From NCBI RefSeq assembly GCF_009914755.1, contig NC_060931.1: a stretch of DNA of 64,000 nt; one strand, 5' to 3'. This DNA is from the human T2T-CHM13v2.0 reference genome, Homo sapiens. The position numbers were made by a program, and so were the translations under genes. A model generated the notes under the pieces. The model did not search any database. It was not told the DNA's origin and worked only from the letters and a program-made list of their open reading frames with translations. Positions 54,264-64,000 of the stretch are shown one piece after another; the stretch's first letter is position 1, and the number at the start of each line of letters is the position of its first letter.

Positions 54264-54987
54264 TTATAGTACTTACTGATTCTTCAACATAACACCAAGA
54301 CATTAAATACACAAAAGAGTGCCTGCTGTGTGACTCCATGTTAGAACAGACAAAACTAATCCACAGTAATTGACATCAGGATGTGATTACTTCTGGAGGA
54401 TGTGTAGGGGATTGCCTGGGAATAGGCACAAAGGAACCTACTTGGATGATGGAATTCATATGCAAGTGGTTGCATGCATGTTTACATTTTTAAAACTCAG
54501 ATTATGCCTCAATGAAAATAACTCAAAAGTGAACCCCATCACATAAAATAATTGATACTGATACTAATTTTTAGAGTTCACAATTTCTGTTTTGCCTATT
54601 ATCTAAATATGGTCTGTGATACGATTTGGAACTGTGTCCCCTCCAAATGTCATGTCGAATTGTAATCCTCAGTGTTGGAGGTGGGGCCTGGTGGAAAGTG
54701 ATTGAATTGTGGGGCGGGGCGGGGCGGGGGCAGTTCTCATGAATGGTTTGGCACCATCCCCTTAGTGCTGTTCACACAATATAAGTTCTCAAAAGATCTG
54801 ATTGTTTAAAAGTGTGTGGCACCTCCACCCTCTCTTCCTCCTGCTCCAGCCATGTGAAGTACCTGCTCCCCTTTGCCTTCCGCCATGATTGGAAGCTTCC
54901 TGAGGCCCCCCAGAAGCCAAGCACATGCCAGCATTGTGCTTCCTGTATAGCCTATGTAACCATGAACCAATTAAACCTCTTTTCTTT

Positions 54988-57157
54988 TTTTTTTTTTTTT
55001 TTGGTTGTTTTTTTTTTTTTTTTTTAAATTTATTTTTTTATTGATAATTCTTGGGTGTTTCTCACAGAGGGGGATTTCGCAGGGTCATGGGACAATAGTG
55101 GAGGGAAGGTCAGCAGATAAACAAGTGAACAAAGGTCTCTGGTTTTCCTAGGCAGAGGACCCTGCGGCCTTCCGCAGTGTTTGTGTCCCTGATTACTTGA
55201 GATTAGGGATTGGTGATGACTCTTAACGAGCATGCTGCCTTCAAGCATCTGTTTAACAAAGCACATCTTGCACCGCCCTTAATCCATTTAACCCTGAGTG
55301 GACACAGCACATGTTTCAGAGAGCACAGGGTTGGGGGTAAGGTCACAGATCAACAGGATCCCAAGGCAGAGGAATTTTTCTTAGTGCAGAACAAAATGAA
55401 AAGTCTCCCATGTCTACTTCTTTCTACACAGACACGGCAACCACCCGATTTCTCAATCTTTTCCCCACCTTTCCCGCCTTTCTATTCCACAAAGCCGCCA
55501 TTGTCATCCTGGCCCGTTCTCAATGAGCTGTTGGGCACACCTCCCAGACGGGGTGGTGGCCAGGCAGAGGGGCTCCTCACTTCCCAGTAGGGGCGGCCGG
55601 GCAGAGGCGCCCCTCACCTCCCGGACGGGGCGGCTGGCCGGGCAGGGGGGCTGACCCCCCCCACCTCCCTCCCGGACGGGGCGGCTGGCCGGGCAGGGGG
55701 CTGACCCCCCAACCTCCCTCCCGGACGGGGCGGCTGGCCGGGCGGGGGGCTGACCCCCCCACCTCCCTCCCGGACGGGGCGGCTGGCCGGGCAGAGGGGC
55801 TCCTCACTTCCCAGTAGGGGCGGCCAGGCAGAGGCGCCCCTCACCTCCCGGACGGGGCGGCTGGCCGGGCGGAGGGCTGACCCCCCCACCTCCCTCCCGG
55901 ACGGGGCGGCTGGCCGGGCAGAGGGGCTCCTCACTTCCCAGTAGGGGCGGCCGGGCAGAGGCGCCCCTCACCTCCCAGACGGGGCGGCTGGCCGGGCGGA
56001 GGGCTGACCCCCCCACCTCCCTCCCGGACAGGGCGGCTGGCCGGGCAGAGGGGCTCCTCACTTCCCAGTAGGGGCGGCCGGGCAGAGGCGCCCCTCACCT
56101 CCCAGACGGGGCGGCTGGCCGGGCGGAGGGCTGACCCCCCCACCTCCCTCCCGGACGGGGCGGCTGGCCGGGCAGAGGGGCTCCTCACTTCCCAGTAGGG
56201 GCGGCTGGGCAGAGGCGCCCCTCACCTCCCAGACGGGGCGGCTGGCCGGGCGGAGGGCTGACCCCCCCACCTCCCTCCCAGACGGGGCGGCTGGCCAGGC
56301 GGGGGGCTGACCCCCCTACCTCCCTACCCGACGGGGCGGCTGGCCGGGTGGGGGGGCTGACCCCCCCATCTCCCTCCCGGACGGGGTGGCTGGCCGGGCT
56401 GAGGGGCTCCTCACTTCCCAGTAGGGGCGGCCGGGCAGAGGCGCCCCTCACCTCCCGGACGGAGGGGCTGGCCGGGCGGGGGGCTGACCCCCCCACCTCC
56501 CTCCCGGATGGCACGGCTGGCCAGGCGGGGGGCTGACCCCCCCACCTCCCTCCCGGATGGCACGGCTGGCCGGGCGGGGGGGCTGACCCCCCACCTCCCT
56601 CCCGGATGGGGCGGCTGGCCGGGCGGGGGGCTGACCCCCCCCCCACCTCCCTCCCGGACGGGGTGGCTGCCGGGCGGAGACGCTCCTCACTTCCCAGATG
56701 GGGTGGCTGCCGGGCGGAGAGGCTCCTCACTTCTCAGACGGGGTCTCGGCCGGGCAGAGGCGCTCCTCACATCCCAGATGGGGCGGCGGGGCAGAGGCGC
56801 TCCCCACATCTCAGACGATGGGCGGCCGGGCAGAGACGCTCCTCACTTCCTAGATGTGATGGCGGCTGGGAAGAGGCGCTCCTCACTTCCTAGATGGGAT
56901 GGCGGCCGGGCAGAGACGCTCCTCACTTTCCAGACTGGGCAGCCAGGCAGAGGGGCTCCTCACATCCCAGACGATGGGCGGCCAGGCAGAGACACTCCTC
57001 ACCTCCCAGACGGGGTGGCAGCCGGGCAGAGGCTGCAATCTCGGCACTTTGGGAGGCCAAGGCAGGCGGCTGCTCCTTGCCCTCGGGCCCCGCGGGGCCC
57101 GTCCGCTCCTCCAGCCGCTGCCTCCCGGGCGGCGCTCGCTGGCGCGGCGGCAAAGAC
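54988..57157 (-). mobile_element. SVA_F1 (MAST2-SVA) retrotransposon, 5'-truncated within the MAST2-derived leader
   Basis: On the + strand: poly(T) 54988-55025, SINE-R ~55030-55520, GC-rich VNTR ~55540-57030, a short Alu-like remnant ('gcactttgggaggccaaggcaggcgg'), then 57070-57157, which translates on - as SLPPRQRAPPGRQRLEERTGPAGPEGKEQ (MAST2 N-terminus). There is no CCCTCT hexamer. TSD TTAAACCTCTTTTCTTT at 54971-54987 and 57158-57174. Confidence 0.95.
57070..57157 (-). other. MAST2: 88-bp fragment of MAST2 exon 1 (3' end of the exon) carried by the SVA
   Basis: The translation matches the recalled MAST2 N-terminus (...SLPPRRRAPPGRQRLEERTGPAGPEGKEQ). It ends in GAGCAG fused directly to the SVA Alu-like sequence CCGCCTGCCTTGGCCTCCC. 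The segment is CpG-dense. Confidence 0.9.
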
Positions 57158-57532
57158 TTAAACCTCTTTTCTTTATAAATTACCCAGTCTCGGGTATTTC
57201 TTTACAGCTATGTAAGAATGGAATAATACTGTCTAGTATAAGGATTTTAATTAAATATCTTTACAAAGAATTTTTCCCCAGGTTAATATAATAATGAAAA
57301 TGTACAAGGTTAGAAATTTATTTTAAGCAAATTCCAGTATTAAAAATAGTAGGTTAGGCAACATATTTATATCCTTATTGTGTACGTCAAGCAGAGTTCC
57401 ATGACAGTAAATCATTACACAGCATTTCTAGGGACATGCAACTTTCAACTACTAGCAAGGAGGAATTAAACAGCTGAATGAAACTGTGTAGTATAAAATT
57501 GCCATTAGTTTTAAATATATGCTTTTAAAACG

Positions 57533-57660
57533 AGCGTGGCACATGTATACATATGTAACTAACCTGCACAATGAGCACATGTACCCTAAAACTTAAAGTA
57601 TAATAATAAAAGAAAAAAAAACAAAGATGGAATTATAAAAAAATAAATAAATAAATAAAA
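57533..57660 (+). mobile_element. Very short, severely 5'-truncated young L1 (L1PA2/L1HS-like 3' end) with a composite A-tail
   Basis: 'ggcacatgtatacatatgtaactaacctgcacaatgagcacatgtaccctaaaacttaaagtataat' is the terminal ~72 bp of young L1PA. TSD TAAAACG at 57526-57532 and 57661-57667, at a TTTT/AAAA endonuclease site. Confidence 0.88.
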
Positions 57661-57719
57661 TAAAACGTTCTACTGCCCCTATGTATATTTACTTGTGAAT
57701 ACATAGAAACAAAGCATGT

Positions 57720-57935
57720 TCCTTATGGCTTGGGCTTTGAAGCTTGAGTTTGAATGTGGCTCCATCACTTGACAAGCTGCGTGACTGCGGTAGATCACTT
57801 AATCTTTTTCTGAGTTCCTCATGTGTAAAATGTAATAATAATATATAAGAAATAGTTTTGTGAGGACTCTATGAGAAAATACACAGAGAGATTTGAGAAT
57901 AATACTTTAGACATATTGTGGGCTCAATAACATTT
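57720..57935 (+). mobile_element. MIR
   Basis: 'gggctttgaagc.tgagtttgaat..ggctccatcactt..cagctg.gtgact..gg', 'ttcctcatgtgtaaaatg', 'gggctcaataa'. Confidence 0.7.
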
Positions 57936-58929
57936 GTGTCATTCTTCTTATTTTACCGGACATGGCCACAAGAATAAAATATGAATATTGGCATGGAACT
58001 GGATATGTGCATTAATAGAGGAAAGTACTAAATATTTTAATAATGGTTTTCTCTGGGTGGTAGGATTATAGGTAGTTTTTAAATACTTGCTTTGTTTTGC
58101 ACATTTCCTCAAAGATTTTAATAATCAAAACAACTTAAATTTTGAAAAAAAATTTTTAAATGGCTACTACCCCAAATCTCAAACATCCCAATGTCCCCCA
58201 AGACAGTCTTATTGTCCTTGAGATATGAAAAAACATCCTCCTAAGGATTCTGTGCTGTAACCTTGTGAAAATATCACCTCAATAATTAAAGCATTAGCCA
58301 GTTGGCCTTTGCCATAAAATCATAACAGAAATGGCTGATCACCACATTATGTAGGAAATTTTGTATCCCAGGGCTGGAGATTAATAGAATGGCATATTCC
58401 ATTGACATTGTCATACTAAGCAACAGTGTTCTCTCCATGCAGCCACAGAAGTGGGTACGCTGTTCTGAGCCAATCTAAGGTGATTACCACGGAAACAGCA
58501 CTCATTTTACTAACAGCAAGACATATTATCCTTCATGCATGGTCTAGCATCCAAGTTTAATAAGATTCTTAAAGTGAAATTGAGGACATTTGAGATAAGG
58601 ACCTTAAATCCTGTGAGAAATATTTTATCATCTCTTATTGTTTATCACTTGCATGTCAAATAACCATCTCAGTTATGCTAACAAATCAATTTATTAGAAG
58701 GGCAAGTAGATATACCACAACAGAAAGAAGGCAAAGATGATATTACACACTGAAAGTTTAAGTAGTAGAAAAGCAGCTCTCCTATGCTGTTGTCATTTGT
58801 GGAAGAAAAAAACAGAAGACAATTTAGTATTGGAAGGCATAGATACATGAAATAGTAGAGTATAGATTATAATTTTGGGGAAGGCTAAGAGGGTACCAAA
58901 CATCCAGACTGCCTTCAAAGTTTAAAACC

Positions 58930-59430
58930 CATCAGAAGCTCCCCCATCACCTGCAGTAAAGTGAAAACTGCTTTGCTTAACAGGAAAGAGCCTTCATAAT
59001 TTGGCTCCAGCTTTATCTACTTTCACTCCTATCAGCACTCCTGAGGCTTCAGCAATACTATGATACTTGCTGATCGCTTAACACTTTGCTCTTCAGTACA
59101 GCAATGCCTCAGCAAGTGTTGCTTTCCACACATAAAATGTTTCTTTCTCCTTTGTTTACCTGGCTTAGTCATCCTCATCCTTTACAATCAAGTATTTTAA
59201 ATTTCCAAATGTAGGACAGGGTTAATAATCCCTCCTTTGTCCTGCCCGTACCTTCCACATGCATATCACGTCAACAGAGGGAGTATTGACAACTGGTTGT
59301 CTTCCTAGTAGACTGTGTGTTTCATGAGAGAGGACAGAGGCTGTGTCTTGATTATTATTGTATCTCTTTGCAAGGTACATAGGAGGTGTTTTATAAATAT
59401 GTATTAAATGTTGACTGATAAATAAACATG
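58930..59430 (+). mobile_element. L2 3' end remnant
   Basis: 'tagactgtgtgtttcatgagag.ggacagaggctgtgtcttgatt..tattgtatc', ending 'taaatgttgactgataaataaa'. Confidence 0.6.
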
Positions 59431-60149
59431 CTAAACTAGCAATAAGAATCAATAATATTTGTTAAAGTATCACAGGATTTAACTCAGAGGAAAACTATAG
59501 ATTAATAAAGGGGGAGGAGAAAAACCAAATCACTCAGTAGTTACGAGCTTTATTTTCCTAATGCTTCATCAAATTTTTCCCTGTGAGCTAAAATTTATTT
59601 CTGTCTATAATCTTTCAACTTATTTGAGTATGACTTACAGCCGTATTGCTTCTTTGACCTGATAACCACCAGCCTAAGAGAATCATAATAACAGCTGAAG
59701 TGGAACACCAAGGGTACACAGGCCTGTTTCTCACCTGAATGGCTGGAGGCCGTCGACTGGTCGGTGCACTCTACTTGCAACTATGCGGGTTTCTATGTAC
59801 ATCCTGTAAGTGCTCTAGGATGGAAGTATCAAACCAAGATTTCCCAGAATCAATTTAATCTCCAGTAAATTTAATTTTTCAATTATCATTCTGTTTGGCT
59901 GAAATGGAATCCACGTGGTCTTTTTAAATTTTGAAAATTATAACAGTAAGCATTGAGTAGCATTATGAGTAATTTTATTGATGTACAACTCACAGCCTTT
60001 TTCCTACACTTGTGCCAGTCAAGTAGAAGAACCTAGAGACTAGTTAAGTTTTCCAGCTTAATCCAATTAATATAAAGTTTCTAGAATAGCATTTATCTTA
60101 TCAAAATATGCTATATGCAACCTCAGTTCTACAGGATAACGCTTATCAT

Positions 60150-60365
60150 ATGAAAAGAGAATTCTGTGACCAAATAAGTATACTGAACAGTGAAGATATT
60201 TCATTCATCAGGACTTCTCAGAGCCTTTAAAATATTAAAGTTATCTGGGAATCTCTAAGAAGACTGTGGATATATTATACAAGAATTTCTGAATATATCG
60301 CCATGACACATCTTCCCTCAGGCACCTCTACTAGTGATCTATGAAATGTACTTTAAGGAATTCTG
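60150..60365. mobile_element. hAT-Charlie MER-type fragment (subfamily uncertain)
   Basis: 'ggacttctcagagcctttaa..tatta...gaatctctaagaag' resembles a recalled Charlie-derived MER. Confidence 0.4.
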
Positions 60366-61720
60366 CTTTCTCCCTCAAAATAAGGGTATAAGGAATGTGA
60401 CATATTTCAACAGAATCACGGCAGTCTACTCTCGGTAAGACGAACGAGACAAGAGGACTGGTCACAGTGGCACTGGACCCTGTCACCAGAGTAATATATG
60501 TTCCCTAAATAAGAAACACGTATATATGTGAGTAGTCAAGTATTCAGTAATTGTTCTTTATCACATGTAAATGGTTTTTCCAAATATAAAATTGAGACAA
60601 TTGTAGATAAATATCTATATTAGTTAAAATAAAAATGGAACATTATAATAAAGACTTTTGGAGTCAAAATAGGATGGTGGTATGCACTATCTCATCTAAA
60701 ATTCTGTCTTAGAATTTCTTATGAAAGGATAACTTGTGTACAAAAAAGATTATACTTGATGTGCTCTGAATTAGAATATAATGTCACATGTGCATCCATG
60801 GGTTTTCATTCAGAATGCTAAATAAATTGTATTACACAAATGACATATTTGTTGGCTCTCACCTGTGTGTGACCATAGATACGGAAATGTGACTTTGAGG
60901 GAAATCGATTGGGGTAGGAGCTAACACTGATGATCAAAGAAGGCAAAGCATGGAGTAGCACAGATTAACATAGACTTGAGGTGTAAGAAGGCATGATGGG
61001 AGCTCAAGACATGGGTAGGCAATGGTTAATACTCAAAATTCCAGGGAAATAGTCACTCCAGATCCCTTCATGGCTAGAAAATATTTATCTAATCAACATA
61101 GGCTCAGCAGCAAGACTTCAGTCTGACATAAGAGATACTGATTAAAATTAAAATACACTTCACATCTTAGGAACACTAGGGCTTGTGGTCTAAATAAAAA
61201 GTTCATGAAGACATTCACGACATTAATTCCATATTCTGCCAATTACTGTCTCTTGAGACCTTTAGAAAAGTTCCTTGTAGGAAACTCACAAGATAATTGA
61301 GACAATGAAATAAAACAATGCATATAAATGATCTAGAGCTATCCTTGTCATTCAAAACGTGTTCTGTAAATATTAGCCATTATCATTGACAAGTTTCCAA
61401 ATAGCAATTCAGGATTGAGATGAAGGTGGAGAGCTACTTAAATAAAATACCCAAGGTGGATATGAATGGGGAGCTTGCATTATAGGAATCCCCATTATAG
61501 GAATGGGGACCAAGAAAAAAACTAAGATGCAGTTTAAACATCCAGGGGAAAACACTGAATCTTGTCCTACACCTTATTCATAGTCAGGCATCATTTCAGG
61601 TATAAGGCCAGGTCTTGATGCCCCTTACAGAGCCACCATTACCCTGGTCAACTGGCTGAGTGCAGCCAGCAATGCTGTATTCTCTGCCTCTCCATCTCTC
61701 TGCCTCTTTCTTTTTCTCTT

Positions 61721-61724
<4 letters not shown>

Positions 61725-61772
<48 letters not shown>
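61725..61772. repeat. (CA)~24 microsatellite
   Basis: Read directly. Confidence 0.97.
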
Positions 61773-61775
<3 letters not shown>

Positions 61776-63825
61776 TTGTTGGCCAAAGAGTGCATATGTG
61801 TCACTGGAAATCTTCATAAATTAATAATGTTCCCATTAATATTGCTTCCATAACTACTGATAGGATCAGCAGTATGTGCTCCTGGATTCTGGGCAAGCCA
61901 GTGTCAATGTAGAAAGTGACCCAAGTAATTCTGAAACACAGACAGAGATACAGTTATCTTTGAAAACATTATTCTCACTTCAGTCTTTTAGTTAGATTTA
62001 AAAAAAAAAAAAAAAAGAACACAATGACTCAGAGCAGGATTTGGGTATATACACATATATCTGTACTCAACCACCTTTATGTCATCTTGTCACCACTAAT
62101 CCATGTTTTATATTCTGTTCCTGTAAAAATCAGCTCAAAATGGGGTAAATAGTAACTGTAACACTGAGTTTTAGAAAATAGACAAAATCTGGATATGTGA
62201 TAAGCAATTATCTCCCTTAGCATACACGATGTAAATGGAGGCAAAATATTTGCCTTTTGAACACTTCCAATGCAAGTTGTTACAGCCATTGAATCATCTG
62301 TGAAGCTAATACTAATTCTCAAAATCATTCTCTGAATTGTTCTTTCTTTGGTTAGAGTCATCCTTTTGACTGACAAACCCCATAAAAGCTTTCCAAGTAA
62401 TGCAAAGAGGTTGCTAAGTGGAAAATATTTCAAGAGCTCTGAAAATATAAGCTTGACAGAATTCTAGCCTTGAAATCCTCAGTTTACAAGAAAATTTATT
62501 GTACACACATGTTGTAGCAGTGGAATGCAGCGTGTGGCATTAAATCTAAAAAAGAGACAGCCAAACACATACAGTTCTATGCTGGAAGTAAAAAACTGTC
62601 ACCCAGAGAAGGAAAAAAATTAAGTACCAAGGAAGAAAAAGACTCTTAAAAAGCACCATGGGAATGTTATAAACTATTATTTTCCAAGCTCTGAGTTTGA
62701 GCTAGTAAGAGACCATCGGCTTTTTCAAATGGCTTCAACAGATGGAAAATAAAAATTACCAATGGATACACTGGAACCTTGTTTTACAGCTCTATACAGT
62801 CGAGACACATTACAAAGCAAAAAGTAAAACTGAATACCCTACATAAATACAGATTTTAACGGTTTTAGAGGTGACAGGTATGTAGTTGGCTAGACAGGGA
62901 AGACATTATAATTTTGTGTGACACAGTATGTCAGTTTGTGCAACTAGGAAGCCATCATTTCCAGAGGAAATCACAGCAGTTGTGACAGTCAACTGTAGTA
63001 CCTCATTCTGCTCTGCACACAGCGGCTCACCTGGCTTTCCCTGGCAGTGAGTATAAGGTTCATTCCAAGTGTTATAAAAGTGTGCAAGGGCCATCATTAG
63101 GAAACACTGGAAAAACACAGTCTATTAGATAAAATTTAGTAATATTGCAAGTGGGGATATCTTCATTAATACTGTTTCTTTGTGGCTCAGGGATTTAACA
63201 GCTCTCAACCCTTTGTCTTGGCCCTGAAACTATAATTTTCAATAGTGGCATCATTATAACCTCAAAATACTTGTTACAATGTCAGGTGTGAGAGACATAA
63301 TAAAAACAAATAATTAGAGGCTATTCTCAGCAACATGAACTCAGTCAGAATTTTACTTTAGTGCCCAGAAACACTGTGAAAGAGAAGAAGAACCAGCAGA
63401 AAATGCTCAACACTTAAAGCAGCAAATCGCAATCACTTGACTTTGTTCACACTCTTTTTTAAGTTAGAAACATATACGGGGGCTAAGTCATATATTTGAT
63501 CTGTTACATAACAAATAGCAACAGAACAAGAATGGTATTAGTAAATATAGTCAAGGGAATAGAAAATGTCTTTAATTCCTTAGCATCATCCTGGTTATTA
63601 ATTATGTGTTTGTTGGTGTTGTGAATAGGGCTTTCTATTACTGAGTAAACACTAGTACTTGAGTCTTTTCTTCAAAGCATATATATATATATCCCAACAA
63701 CGGAGCTCATTCGAGAATGCGTGCAGCAAAATAATATTGCAGCTTCATTTAGGAAACATGATAGGAAAGGTAATCACCTAACTCAGAACTTATAAAAAGC
63801 CTGATGTTTTCTCTTATTTGTCCTT

Positions 63826-63938
63826 TATCATATATATATCATATATATCATATATATATCACATATATCATATATATATCATATATATCATATATATCTA
63901 TATATCATATATATCATATATATCACATATATATATAT
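63826..63938. repeat. (ATATATATC)n-type AT-rich tandem repeat
   Basis: About 11 variable units of (AT)nC, read directly. Confidence 0.93.
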
Positions 63939-64000
63939 GAAACATCAACAAACACATAATTAATACAACTAAGTCCAAATTGTGCCAACTAGATTGTTAT

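Larger units (their letters stand above)
45150..54510 (+). mobile_element. Old L1M (L1MD/L1ME-like) remnant fragmented by MER11, L1 and MER58 insertions
   Basis: A-rich ORF2-like sequence ('taaatggactaaac..actaattaaaagacagagattgtcagact', 'aacaactttatgccaat', 'tattagcaaattgaatccagcaat') resumes in register after each insert. 3' end pieces at ~53350-53900 and ~54340-54510. Confidence 0.75.
54617..57230 (+). mobile_element. MSTA-like MaLR solo LTR interrupted by the SVA (54617-54987 and 57158-57230)
   Basis: Starts 'tgatacgatttgg..tgtgtcccc..caaa..tcatgtcgaattgtaatcc', contains 'cgccatgattggaagcttcctgaggcc', and ends 'ttaaacctcttttctttataaattacccagtctc..gtatttcttt'. Flanks GTCTG (54612-54616) and GTCTA (57231-57235) fit a 5-bp TSD with one mismatch. 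Confidence 0.88.

Noticed and set aside
55540-57030. CRISPR-like array or gene-associated CpG island
   Set aside because: The repeats abut without unique spacers and lie within the SVA TSDs; this is the SVA VNTR.
55210-57291. Many Pro/Gly/Arg-rich ORFs up to 217 aa
   Set aside because: They come from translating the stop-poor GC-rich SVA VNTR and SINE-R.

Overview
This is human-type (primate) genomic DNA: AT-rich, dense in transposable elements, and probably intergenic or intronic. I cannot support any intact protein-coding gene, RNA gene or CRISPR array. The two landmarks are a full-length processed HSPA8 (HSC70) pseudogene at about 41.5-43.8 kb (+) and a MAST2-exon-1-capped SVA (SVA_F1, human-specific) at about 55.0-57.2 kb (-). 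The pseudogene has two nonsense codons and a frameshift; the SVA has a 17-bp TSD and sits inside an MSTA LTR. The rest is nested repeats: several L1s, six Alus, a MER11 solo LTR, MaLR LTRs, DNA-transposon fossils, L2/MIR and microsatellites. I found no convincing new biological system. The most interesting signals are retrotransposition footprints: exon capture by SVA, a ~72-bp young L1 with a putative 15-nt 3' transduction, a tail-less L1PA fragment with microhomology at both ends, a twin-primed L1, and an Alu with a target deletion and filler DNA. Subfamily names come from recalled consensus sequences, not a RepeatMasker run, and the boundaries of old repeats are approximate.
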